64,000 nt of DNA from Octopus sinensis (GCF_006345805.1 NC_043002.1:16182001-16246000), one strand, 5' to 3'; shown: positions 25,103 through 37,884, counted from the first letter of the stretch. Notes: generated by a model not told the origin, from the sequence alone. Program-made: numbers and translations.

Positions 25103-25662
25103 AATATACATATATATATATATTTTACTTGTTTAATACTGTTCTTATTTTATTATTTCAATTCAGGTCTATTGTCAATATATTTTTTCGTTGCACATCT
25201 GTTACTTCTACGGCGATATTGTGTTGTTCTCTTGTGTGCTCTGACCCCATTTACTCCATTCGGTTCTTCTAAGATATGTTTCATGATGTGCTCGTGCATT
25301 TGTGTCCTTGCTTTTGCGTGTGTGTGTTTGCGCGTGTATGTATGTATGCGTGTGTGTATGCTTCTCTGTGATTCATAGATTTTAGCTGCAGTGTGGTCTT
25401 TCCCTCCGCCCCTTCCGCTCACCTCATTTTGTTGCCTCACTCCCATTGTGCTGTCTTATGACAGCAGCAACACATTGTGTTTAGAGGATTGGTTTGAAGG
25501 GAAGGCCACACTGCTGCTAAAGTGTATTAAACACACACACAAACATAGACAAACAGACGCGTACACACACACACACAGAAATACACACGCACAAGCAAAG
25601 AAACAAATGCAAGTGCCTATAAGGATATACGTTTTGGAATAATTGAATACGGAAACGAAAAT

Positions 25663-25706
25663 TGTCGCTGAAGAGGTCACAGAGGTATGACGAAAGACAT
25701 CGGACA
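25663..25706 (+). ncRNA. Type I hammerhead, slightly decayed, in a PLE pseudo-LTR-like segment
   Basis: UGUCG-CUGAAGA-G-GUCA-cagaggua-UGAC-GAAA-GACA-UC|GGACA. Core intact, G.G mismatch at the first stem I pair, stem III reduced. Downstream flank CAAATATATAGTGC...CATCCC is shared with 58195-58260. Confidence 0.6.
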
Positions 25707-26344
25707 TGTGTTAAAATAATAAAATAAGAACAGAAATAAACGAGTGAAGAACAAATATATAGTGCATTTCTTTATTTGGCAAAAGAAAAGAAATGATCAT
25801 CCCGAAATACAACAATATATACATACATATGTGTGTGTATGTGTGTGTATGTGTGTCACGCCGGTGCATGTGTGTATATACATATATGCATATATAGCTT
25901 AAAAATATCGTTATAAATATTAAAAATACAATAAGCAATCATAGAAAAATGGAGGAGAAAAAATAGTGAATCAAAATTATATTTAATACAAAATAGGATT
26001 CTATACATACGCGCGTTTCAAAGGACAATACTAATATGTACGAAAAACAAATTTGAAAGCTTAGTAATTATAATAAAATTTATGCATTGGCATTTTCATC
26101 AGTGTGAAGAATTTTTGTAAGGATATCGAACAAGGTTTAATAAAATAACGCAAATTAAATTAAGATGCAATAAGGGTGAATACAAGTGGGGTAATAGGGA
26201 ATAAAATCGGATATTAGCAACCAAGTTTTAAAATAAGGAAAAATAACAGTAATAATTTTAGTAAGAGAGACGAAAGAGAAAAAAGGCTGACATATCAATA
26301 TGCATGCTCGTCTATATATGCAGTAAACTATAACATAAAACTCT

Positions 26345-26402
<58 letters not shown>

Positions 26403-26601
26403 ATATAAAAAATTAGAAAAGGGTAGAAATTGACATTAATCAATTAAAACCAGTGGCCTAGCATATTTAAAAAATCCGAAGATTAATTTTTTTTTACATA
26501 CAAAATTTAGAGGATTCACCACTAAAAGTGGACAGCCTGTATACTAGATAGAGACGTCAAAATCGCCAGTCTCCGTGGAAAATAGCGATTTTGCCGTCTA
26601 T

Positions 26602-26822
26602 ATCTAGATTTAATCGACTCAAATCCCTTTGTCCGTCCTTGTTTGTACCTTCTATGTTTAGCCTCTTCTGGGTAGTAAAGAAATAAGAAATGTTAGCATA
26701 CCGCGTGAGGTCGATCTTGGTTTTCGGGGTGGATAAATTAGGTACCATTGGCTTATTGGAGTCAATCTAATCCAATGGCCCCGCTACCACAAAATTTCTG
26801 GCCTTGTACCTAGTGTAGAAAA
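26602..26822 (+). mobile_element. SINE family B fragment
   Basis: AATCGACTCAAATCCCTTTGTCCGTCC...GGTAGTAAAGAAATA...AAATTTCTGGCCTTGTACCTAGTGTAGAA. Confidence 0.7.
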
Positions 26823-28062
26823 CAATATTGAGTTGCATCTGTAATTGAAAGAGTCATGCTTGTCACATCGTATATCACGCTTAATCTTCGAAATTACGTA
26901 ATCGTGTGCGTGGATTACTAGTAGTAATCTGATTGCAATTGAGAAAGTATTTATTCGTGGGATGGTCCAGAGTTCGATATTCTTCCCGGAATTCTTGTCG
27001 GCGTTCAATTCAGCGTACGTCAACATTTTGATTGTAATTGGGTATAAAAATTAAGGAAAAGGGAAATGGTTAGTCGAGTCTGTGAGAGCTTCGAAAGAGA
27101 ACTATTCTAGTTGTTTACATTCTGTGAATAATCTACTTAGGTGTTGATAGCTCTGACTTTTGTTTATTGGAGAAATGAACGTGGCATACTGTGGAGCGGA
27201 ACTTCCAAGTAGAGTATCTTTGCGTATGTCAGGCATCGGTTTTATGATTACGTTTGATTTCCACTTCTTACCGTACACAGCATTAGCCATTGAACTCTCC
27301 TTTGATTTAGCGGTTCCTAACGTTAACAGTGATAAATATGCGATCACGACAAGTTCATGAGACCCGGTTACACAATGCTTTATCATATAACTTAACAGAT
27401 GAAGGATTTGTTTGCTACTTTCAAATGATAAAATAAATATTGTTTTCTCATTCCATTTAATTGCATGCACATCACCAATCCTCATTTGTGGAGGATAACA
27501 TCCATCAAGCGTAGAAAACGAAAGGCATACAAGCGAGGACGAATTCTTTGGTAAAACAGACGCTAGATAGAAAGACATATATCTGGGATTTTTATACACA
27601 ATTTACAGTTATGCATCTCTAAGATATTTATTATATTAGGTGACGAATGGGATTTAATTTGGTTCGTTTTCTCAATATTTCATAAGATGGCGTATGTAGA
27701 GAATAACGCGGATGGGAAGAAATAACATCGTCTGAATACAACACATCTATATTTTTTATATTCACTCTCTATTGAGAGCAAACACCACCTCAAAAATATT
27801 CACGGGGAAAATCAAGGACAGCTTGGCAGTAATATAGGCAACGATAGAGATTCAGAAATATATGTTGACATAAATTCAACACTTGTATAAAACATATCCA
27901 TAATCAGATATGCATGCAATGATCAGTATGCATATATACATCAATATGAATCTAAACAAATACATAGCGTATTCCCTATATCTGTAAGTCTGTAACTCTC
28001 ACTTTCTCTCTCTCTGTATATATATGTTTATGTATGCATGTGCATATGTATGTATATATATA

Positions 28063-28093
<31 letters not shown>

Positions 28094-28187
28094 ATATATT
28101 ATATATATATATATATGTATGTGTATATATATATATATACAAAATTTAGAGCAATGACCACTAAAAGTGGAGAGCCTGTATATAGAC

Positions 28188-28524
28188 GGGATTTGAGTCG
28201 ATTAAATCTACCCCAGAGCGTAACTGTTACTTAATTTATCGACCCCGAAAGGATTAAAGGCAAAGTCGACGTCGGTGGAATTTGAACACAGAACGTAAAT
28301 ACTTATTTCTTTACTACCCACAAAGGGCTAAACGCAGAGAGGACAAACACGAACAGACAAACGGATTAAGCCGATTATATCGACCCCAGTGCGTAACTGG
28401 TACTTATTTAATCGACCCGGAAATGATGAAAGGCAAAGTCGACCTCGGCGGAATTTGAAAGTAACGGCAGAGGGAATACCGCTAATAATTTCGCCCGGCG
28501 TGCTAACGTTTCTGCCAGCTTGCC
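28188..28524 (-). mobile_element. SINE family B, dimeric
   Basis: Reverse complement head GGCAAGCTGGCAGAAACGTTAGCACGCCGGGCG and two modules. Confidence 0.88.
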
Positions 28525-29375
28525 ACGTTCATACAACTCAATATTGCCAGTTCAGTAGGCTGGCGAAACGTGTAAAGAGATGCTTTGCTCAAGAAGACGA
28601 CGCGTCGCCAAGAAGCAAAGTCACGCACGAATACACCTGAACACGCAATTGTGTAAACGTTAAAATATGTAGCTTCTTATATATTGCCAGAGATAAAATA
28701 TTGCTAAAAATCATATGTATTACTCAGTTGTAAATGACGAACTGCAATATTGATTTTCTGTAGAATTTTGCCTTAGAGAATGAAAGGCTTTAATGAAACA
28801 CTCAAGAACGTTTTTCTAGAGTTCTACTGATTAAGAAATCTAAATTCATTCAATTAATGCTGATGTTTCATTTCATATTATATGTCCACATTAACATATA
28901 AGCAACAGAATCGTTATAACACATTACTAGTGAATGAAATGAAGAAGGTAGTGGTATTATATATATCCACGAGTATATTGGTTGCTATTAAATGAGCCTG
29001 GTTTATATGAGACTGCAGGGTGTTATGGAGATATATACAGTTATCACACACACACAAACACACACATTCGCGTACACTAATATTTCAACAAGTAAATATA
29101 CATGTATATTTATGTATGTGTTCGTGCGTGTCTATACTTACTTATAAATATAAATATATTTATATATATACATATATATCAAAGCGTTCAAAATAATTTT
29201 TCCTTTCGTTCACGCTTAACAGCCCTCACCGTTTGTGTTACTGTTATTCTCCTTGTCCTGTCTTTTACTGTTTTTATTTGTATTGTTTTTACTGTCCTGT
29301 TCTTGTTACGACTGTAACCCTTCCGCAAAAAATCCCAAATTTATTTCATTTCGGGAAGGTCTGTTTCAACGAAGT

Positions 29376-29433
29376 CGTGTCTCAGCTTTACCTTCGAGAC
29401 ACGGAGTAGAGAAGCAGACGCGGCTGAAGAAGG
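29376..29433 (+). ncRNA. Candidate rearranged hammerhead-like motif (variant Y, likely degenerate)
   Basis: CGUGU-C|UCAGC-UUUA-CCU-UC-GAGA-CACG ...16 nt... GCGG-CUGAAGA-AGG. Confidence 0.35.
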
Positions 29434-29781
29434 GGATTTTTCCTTGTGTTGTATGTCATGTACTCTGTTTTTTTCGTTGTTTAAAAAAATGTCCGTTTCC
29501 ATGGTTTCGTTTTAATGTTTTTGTTTCTCATTGTGTTCGAAGGTTTTTTTTTTTTGGTGCCCTGTACCCATATATGCATGTATACATACATATAGATGTA
29601 GGTACGTACATATATGTATGTATATATGCATATGTTTTAGTTATTATTTTGTTATTATTATATATAATAATATATATTATATATATATTAAGGTTAAGGT
29701 ATGTAGAAAAATACAACATGGACAAGAACGTATAACTCTTAGAAGACGATACAATAAACATGGACAGGACATTCGAACCCC

Positions 29782-29844
29782 TCAGTCTTCAGTCAAGAAC
29801 CGGATCATCGTAGTAATTTCGGCTGATTAATCTTGAGATTACTA
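29782..29844 (-). ncRNA. Candidate rearranged (pseudoknotted) hammerhead, copy 1
   Basis: UAGUAAU-C|UCAAGA-UUAA-UCAG-CC-GAAA-UUACUA ...12 nt... UCUUGA-CUGAAGA-CUGA. Confidence 0.5.
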
Positions 29845-30632
29845 GATCACGGCCAGCCCTCCAGAAAAACTAAGCAACGAGCATTAGAAAAACTAAGCTG
29901 GAAGCGTAGATTTCCTGGAAGAAGGATCGAATGCATACGAACACCAGGACAGCAAAAGGGACAGATATAAAAAAAAAACACAAAAAACATAATGGAATAC
30001 AGAAACATGAAATACAGAAGCATTAACGGTGAAAACAACAAGTGTCTTACGATGATAACAAGCAAACAAATTTTTTCTCTGGCGCATTGGAAGAAGCCTA
30101 TATAGCGGCGGACGAAAAACAACGATGTTAACACGACGAGGGTCAGGAGCTGAAAGGCAGATTTCGGCCAACAGTCACGTGACAGAGAAGAGGGAAAAGA
30201 AAAGAAAGAGAAGCAAAGGAAGAGAGAGAGAGAGGAGGGACAAACGCAACAGAGAGAGAGAGAGAGAGAGAGAGAAAGAAGGAATCAGAGAGGAGAAGGG
30301 ATGGGTGTCGAAGAATGACCTGTGAGTGCAGAGCGAGACAAAGAAATAGGAGGGTAGTGGAAGACTAGACCAAAGGATCAGAGGAAAGAGAAGAGAAAAA
30401 GAGGATGAGTAGAGAGAAAAGAGAGAGAGGGGGACAGATTAAGTAAAAATGAGAGAGAGAGAGAACAAACAGAGAGTCGTACAATTATTAAGAATATGTG
30501 CTCACATTAATGATAAGGGGGGTACGGGGCGCCTGGAATATATGTTAAGGTATGTAGAAAAATACAACATGGACAAGAACGTATAACTCTTAGAAGACGA
30601 TACAATAAACATGGACAGGACATTCGAACCCC

Positions 30633-30694
30633 TCAGTCTTCAGTCAAGAACGGATCATCGTAGTAATTTCGGCTGATTAATCTTGAGATTACTA
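30633..30694 (-). ncRNA. Candidate rearranged hammerhead, copy 2
   Basis: Same as 29782-29844 with a 1-nt shorter linker. Confidence 0.5.
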
Positions 30695-31556
30695 GATCAC
30701 GGCCAGCCCTCCAAGAAAAACTAAGCAACGAGCATTAGAAAAACTAAGCTGGAAGCGTATGCGTATATATCTGTGTGTGTGTTTGTATATAATTCATATT
30801 AAAGACAATCAGAATATTTGTGTTATGCAAGCTATGAAATGTGTGATAAAAACATAGCCTGGAGAGACAGTACGTTCGATTAATCGTATAAGCGTTACAC
30901 GTTGCTGATGCATAGGACAATATGCTATTATTCATCTAACCATCTATTCTCTAGCAATCTATGTTGTAGGAGAGGGAATAACCTATACACCTTCACTATG
31001 TATTGTAAATTATATATAATCCAAAGATATATTGTTTTTCGGCAATAATATCTCAATAACGACAAACGTAGCAATAGTTAATTTCCTGCGATACACAAGT
31101 CTAAGTGCAATCTCATATAATCTGTATTGACAACGAAATGAACAGTTCACTTATATATGCATAGCTTTATAATATTTTCATATTTAACTCAAAAAGTCTT
31201 ATAAGTGATATAAGTAGGATTTGAAGTTGTCCTCAAGTAACGGATAAAACTAATTACATTCACAACAGCAGAATATTCATTCAAAGGAAATACTTCGAAT
31301 TATCGCTCGATTTACGTCCATTACAAATTAAACGAATACCTCAGCATCGCAAGATCCTTTCTAAATTTCATAGATATACATATTATTACAAGCCAAATGT
31401 GTAGGACATAATTCAATTGGAATAAATTTAAAGTTCCAAATGTACAGCTAAGACGCAAAATATTGTAATCTAGATATCTATCAAACGTAATGATACCAAT
31501 TACTTCAATACTGACGCCGTCACTTGTCTAACGAATGACTTCCGTCATACTTTGTT

Positions 31557-31926
31557 TATTTCTTTACTACCCACAAGGGGCAAAACACAAAGAGGACAAA
31601 CAAGAACAGACAGACGGATTAAGTCGATTGCATCGACCACAGTGCGTAACTGGTACTTATTTCATCGACTTCGAAAGGATGAAAGGCAAAGTCGACCTCG
31701 GCAGAATTTGAACTCAGAACGTAACGGCATACGAAATACCTATTTCTTTACTACCCACAAGCGGATAAACACATAGAGGACAAACAGGGACAGACAAACG
31801 GATTAAGTCGATTACGTCGACCCCAGTGCGTAACTGGTACTTATTTAATCGACCCCGAAAGGATGAAAGGCAAAGTCGACCTCGGCGGAATTTGAACTCA
31901 GAACGTAGTGGCAGACGAAATACCGC
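31557..31926 (-). mobile_element. SINE family B, two complete ~184-nt modules, headless
   Basis: ATTTCTTTACTACCC at 31559 and 31742, near-identical modules. Confidence 0.88.
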
Positions 31927-32383
31927 ATTTCTGTCATACTTTGTCTTCTGCGTATGAATGTCCTTATTTGGTAGGTGAAATTCATGGAGACACTGAAAAG
32001 CAGCGTTTTGGCATGAGAAAAGTATAATTCCACAACGGATTTCATAACAATTACATGTCATCTAAACTTCTGAAAGAGAAACCACCGTAATATTTTCTAA
32101 CGTGATGGAGCGAAATACACAACGTAAAGTGGAAAAAATGTACTTGTTTTCTCTGAACACTGCGGAGCAAAGAGGGGGCCTTAAATATCACTACAATGAG
32201 AATTGTATCTCAATGTTACGTTTATGCATTTGTTTTGCAAAATTCATGATGTGAAATCGTGAGATGAAACAGATTTTGTTATATTTCGGGATGGTTACTT
32301 ATTTTTTTTTGCCAAATAAATACACGGCATTATATATTCGCTCACCACTTCAGCTTCATTATTGTTCTTATTTTGTGTCCTTT

Positions 32384-32428
32384 GTCTTAAATATCTCGTC
32401 ACACTTGCCGAGACTTCTTCAGTAACTC
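32384..32428 (-). ncRNA. Decayed type I hammerhead
   Basis: GAGUUA-CUGAAGA-A-GUC-ucggcaagugu-GAC-GAGA-UAUU-UAAGAC. A14 is mutated and stem I is partly broken. Confidence 0.45.
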
Positions 32429-32688
32429 TCCATCCCATGTCTCTCTTCCCGCTCCGCTTAGTCCTCTCTGGTTTACCATCTGTATCTAAGTGCTTGTTAT
32501 GAAAGTTTAGACTGATGGGTTTACAGATCTGTGTGTAATTGGCTTAAAAATATAATTGTTATGAAGTGTGGTTTTGTATAGGTGCAATTATTAAGAATTG
32601 TGATGTATACACGAGATTTTACAAGGCATCTAATTTAACTATCCCTGTAGGGCTTTATAGCATTATTATATACATAGTATCATGTTTA

Positions 32689-33058
32689 GAACGCCGGGAG
32701 AAATGCTTAGCGGTATTTCGTCTGCCGTTACGTTCTGAGTTCAAATTCCTCCGAAGTCGACATAGCTTTTCATCCTTTCGGAGTCGATTAAATAAGTACC
32801 AGTTACGCACTGGGGTGGATATAATCGATTTAATCCGTTTGTCTGTCCTTGTTTGTCCATTCTGTGTTTATCCCCTTGTAGGTAGTAAAGAAATAGTTAC
32901 GTCTGCCGCTACGTTCTGTGTTCAAATTCCGCCGAGGTCGACTTTGCCTTTCATCCTTTCGGGGTAGATATATTAAGTACCAGTTACGTACTGGGTTTGA
33001 TCTAATCGACTGGTCATCTCCCGAAAATTTCGGGCCTTGTACCTAGAGTAGAAAAGGA
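32689..33058 (+). mobile_element. SINE family B, dimeric
   Basis: ACGCCGGGAGAAATGCTTAGCGGTATTTCG head part, two modules, tail GGGCCTTGTACCTAGAGTAGAAAAG. Confidence 0.9.
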
Positions 33059-33214
33059 TATAATTATATCATGTCAGCTTGTAACTCCATAAATTATAAC
33101 TTTTCGGTTGGAATGTTTTCTCTTTGCCGTACCACTTTCTGCTCAAACGCGTATGACAACAGACATATTTCTAGAATTTTAAATTAAGAAATTCTGGCTT
33201 CCCACTTCCAATAT

Positions 33215-33883
33215 ACTCAGAGACCTACGCCAGGTTGCAGAATGTGTATGAAGAAGAGTTATGAACGGCACACAAGTGTAAAAGTGGCTCAGACTGTTCC
33301 AAGATGGCCGAAAAAAAATTGATATTGACGAACGTTCTGGGAGACTTACAACCAGAAGATCTGAGGAAAACATCGCAGATATGCGTGCAGCTGTAAGGGG
33401 AAATTATTGAATCACCATCCGTGAGTTGTCAGACGATGCGCAAATTAGTTACAGTTCGGTTCAATCTATTATCATTGAAAATTTGGCTATGAGACACGTA
33501 TCTACCGAGTTTGTGCCAAAACTGCACACAGCTAACCAAAATATCGGTCGGATTTCAGTTGCACAACATCTCGTTGATTGTGTCGAGAACGATGAAAATT
33601 TTTTTTAATTTTGCGTAGGCCTCTGAGCAGGTATCGCCACGATTTTGACAAAATTTGATGTGGATTCTCTGCTCAACTTTCTCCGTCACTGTCATTGCGA
33701 CGATCACACGCTACACACCTTCCTTCCAGGCACTGCTATAAACAAAAGAATTGAGCTTGAACGTTAAAACGTAAAGCACATGCACAGCAGATTCCAGCTC
33801 AATCCGTGCCAACTGGCTTTACTCTGCGTGCTTAGCTTCGTTGCTATGGCAACAGTCCGAATACTTACTGATCAGACCACATG
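33215..33883. mobile_element. Rearranged mariner relic: transposase N-terminus on + (33215-33606), left end with TIR on - (33606-33883)
   Basis: + strand: ERSGR, TIRELSDDAQISYSSVQSII, FVPKL. - strand: MTVTEKVEQRIHIKFCQ and TIR-like GGTCTGATCAGTAAGTATTCGGACT. Confidence 0.82.
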
Positions 33884-33939
33884 TATGTATACATGTAGGT
33901 ATTTATATTTGTTTGTGTGTTTTTATATGTGAATTTATG

Positions 33940-34140
33940 TGTGTCACTTTGTGTCAGTGTTTGTCACCCCTAAATGTTGATTTGTTTACGTCCCCGTTAC
34001 GTAGCGGTTCGGCTAAAGGTGTTCGATGGAATAGGTATCAGTCTTATGAAGAATAAGTCCTGGAGTCTATTTCTTGTACTAAAATCTCCTTCAAAGCATT
34101 ACTCCAGCTTGGCTGCGATCAAATGGCTGAAACAAGAAAA
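33940..34140 (+). mobile_element. SINE family A 3' half, diverged
   Basis: TTTACGTCCCCGTTACGTAGCGGTTCGGC...AAGAATAAGTCCTGG...GCTGAAACAAG. Confidence 0.7.
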
Positions 34141-34849
34141 ATAATAAAATAATGTGCGCGCGTGTGTGTTTGCGCATGTATGTATATATTTGCAAATGAA
34201 TAACAGAATACAACTCTATGTGTAACGCATTACGAAAATTTCATTTCTTCTAAACGATTTTCCTTCAGCTAAAATCACGTCTCACACGTCTTTTTCATAT
34301 ACAGTTGAAGAGTAGCACGGTCCTACTGACAAATGACGCCATTCAGGCATCTTGAATACATTTAATAAGGCTTTAACATGCATACCGTTGGACCTTCACG
34401 AAACTGAAGATTTGTAGTGTAGGTGACTCAGAAAAACTTAGTGAGAAATTAAAGTAATTAAAATAAGAAATCTGCAATTAATATTGACCAAGCTGTATTT
34501 TCTAAACAATACAGTACACTATTTGGAAAATGAGTATTATATGTTTTTAGGGTAAATGTTAAAATTTCTAGTCAATTTCCTCGGATTTTTCTTTAAAAAT
34601 CACAGGACTGCAAGCACTATCTTTTAATAGCTTCTCTGTATTGTGCAATGCTTCGTGCAAAACAACAACATTAATGTACGTATATACTTACACGCACGAA
34701 CACATTCAACCACGCATAATTATATAGTAATGAATTAGTTACCTCATTTTAGAAGAAATGTGCTTCGTTTTTCTTCTTGATTTTATAATTAGTGAGGTTT
34801 TTAATGGAAGCGATCGTGTTACGGAATGAGTTCGAAGCGATGATGAGGA

Positions 34850-35189
34850 TGACGACGAAGTGGATGAAGTGGAGGGGTAAGAAGTGGAGAGGGAGAAAGG
34901 GGGGCAGGGGGCAGGACGAGGAGGTGGAAGGAGTAGAGTTGCAGAAGGAGGGGCAGGACGAGGAGGTGGAAGAAGTGGAGGAGGAGAAGGGGGGGGGGGC
35001 AGGACGAGGAGGTGGAAGGAGTAGAGTTGCAGAAGGAGGGGCAGGACGAGGAGGTGGAAGAAGTGGAGGAAAGAGAAAGAGAAGGAGTGTGATCATCTTC
35101 ATCACGAGGAAGAAGGAATTGATGATGACGACAAGAACGAAGCACTGTTATTGCTGCGGCTCCAACTGATGTTGATAATGGTGAAGATT

Positions 35190-35233
<44 letters not shown>

Positions 35234-35296
35234 AATGATGATGATAATGATGATGATGATAATGATGATGGTGGTGGTGGTGGTGGTGGTGATCTA

Positions 35297-35327
<31 letters not shown>

Positions 35328-35419
35328 GATGATGAAGATGATAATGATGAGATATGAGATGATGATAATGATGATGGTGGATGGGTTTGGTGGGGTTGGT
35401 GGTTGATCAGATGATGATG

Positions 35420-35462
<43 letters not shown>

Positions 35463-35522
35463 AATGATGATCTGTGATGATAATGATGATGGTGGTGGTG
35501 GTGGTGGTGTGGTGGTGATATA

Positions 35523-35568
<46 letters not shown>

Positions 35569-35775
35569 GTGGTGGGGTGTTGGTGGTGATCTGGATGATG
35601 ATGATGATGATGATGATGACAGTGGTGGTGGTGGTGGCAGTGGAGTAGGAGGAGGAGAAGGAGGTGGTGGTGGTGGAGGAGGAGGTGGTGGAGGATGAGG
35701 TGTGGAGGAGGAGGTGGTGGTGGTGGTGGTGATCTAGATGATGATGAGATGATGATGATGATGATAATGATGATA

Positions 35776-35808
<33 letters not shown>

Positions 35809-36063
35809 GTGGTGGGGTGTTGGTGATCTGGATGATGATGATGATGATGATGATGACAGTGGTGGTGGTGGTGGCAGTGGAGTAGGAGGAGGAGAAGGAG
35901 GTGGTGGTGGTGGAGGAGGAGGTGGTGGAGGATGAGGTGTGGAGGAGGAGGTGGTGGTGGTGGTGGAGGAGGAAGAGGAGGAAAAGGAGGTGGTGTTGGT
36001 GGTCGTGATCTAGATTATTATAATGATGATGATGATGGTGGTGGTGGTGTTGGTGATCTAAAT

Positions 36064-36097
<34 letters not shown>

Positions 36098-36305
36098 GTG
36101 ATGGTGATGGTGGTGGCGGTGTTGGTGATCTAGATGATGTTGATGATGATGATGTTAATCTGGGTGATGTTGATGATGGTGATAATTATGATGGAGGGGA
36201 TGACCGTGATGACGGTGATAACGGTGATGATGATGATGTTGGATTCGATGAATCTGTTGATGATATGTGTGATGTAGGCAACGGCGGTGATGATGTTGGT
36301 ATTTA
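34850..36305. repeat. Low-complexity (GGA)n/(GAT)n/(GGT)n region with internal duplications
   Basis: Visible directly. A purine-rich block is repeated at 34910-35070, and ~237 bp is duplicated between 35560 and 35960. Confidence 0.9.
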
Positions 36306-37789
36306 AAGCGATAGTGGTGATAGCGCTTTAGGTGCCAGTACACATAATGATCATACTAATAATAATTATTGCTATTCTTGATTTCATTACTTATCCTGTC
36401 TCTCACAAACACAGACACAAGCAATTTCATACACAGACACACACACACACACATTTCTTTTAAAGAAATACACGTTTCTGGACATAAACACGTATCAAAG
36501 GCAGTATCTATCGCACTTTTACACGTATAATTTCACTCTATCTTCATCTTCATCCCCTCTTCATATACATAGATACATCATGGTGATATATATATATTTA
36601 TAAACATGGTTGCATGTGCATGTATATATGCTTACACGTGTACACATGTGCATATGTATCAATACACATACACACTTATATGTATATATATATATATGTA
36701 TATATATACATGTATATATATTTATGTATGCATGTATGCATATATATATATATTATATATATATACATGATGAGTTCGAAGTGATGATGAGGATGACAAG
36801 GAAGGGGAGGGGGTAAGATTTAGAGAGGAGAAGGAAAGAAGAGGTGGAAGGAGTGGAGGAGTAGGTGGCGGAGGGTCATCATCATATGTATATATACATA
36901 CATACATATATACATATAGATATATATACTTATGTACATATATATATGTATATATGTATATAAATATAAATACATTTACGTGTATAATTATATACATATG
37001 TATGTATATATATATATATATTTGTATCTATCTATATATCTATCTATCTATACATATATATATATATTTACAATTAAAAACACTTCCAAAATTGTGTATG
37101 CTTATGTATATGAATACCTGTGTTGTATTAAGATGTGTATGATTTGGACTTTTTCGATAATATATATGCTCTTTTTTCTCCCATGTCTCTCTATCTGTGT
37201 GAGTGTCTTTCGTTTTGTGTTTGAGTCTATATTTGTGCCTATCTGTATGCGTTTGTATATGTATGTTTGCGTGTGTTTGTGTCAATATATGTGTACATCT
37301 CAGACTATGCGAGTATGTGTTTGGGTGTAGATATTTGTCAGACTGATCATCTCTGAAATTGAAAACTCGTCTAATTAATACATTCGCCTAATTAGTTTTC
37401 TGTGCTATATTTTACTTCTAATTTTATTAAAGTTTACTATATTTTATTTCATTCTTTATTTACATTTTATATCTGCGTAAAAAAAAAAAATTCTGTTTTG
37501 TTTTGCAACTACACAACTTACATTTATTTCATTAGTTTCCAGTAATTTTTTTTCGCATGAAACTTAACATTCTACATTTTTACCACTTTCGTTATGGTTA
37601 TCACTTATTTTGTTTTTCATGTTGCTTTTCAAGTTTTCCTGTGTTGATAATAATGCTCAGTTCATCTTGTTGATAAAGCCAGTGCGTTTTCTAGTTTAGC
37701 GAGTGTAAAATTTACCTTTAGGAAAACCGGTGAAGCGGAAGCGGAAATGTAGCATCATTTCCTCACACACACACATACACACACATACA

Positions 37790-37884
<95 letters not shown>

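Larger units (their letters stand above)
29693..30759. repeat. 216-bp direct repeats (29693-29908, 30544-30759) flanking a ~635-bp non-coding interior, bounded by microsatellites
   Basis: The copies differ by only ~2 single-base indels. Period 851 bp. Confidence 0.92.

Noticed and set aside
34749-36343. G/D/E-rich ORFs
   Set aside because: They are trinucleotide low-complexity DNA. Neighbouring frames are full of stops and no splice context is evident.
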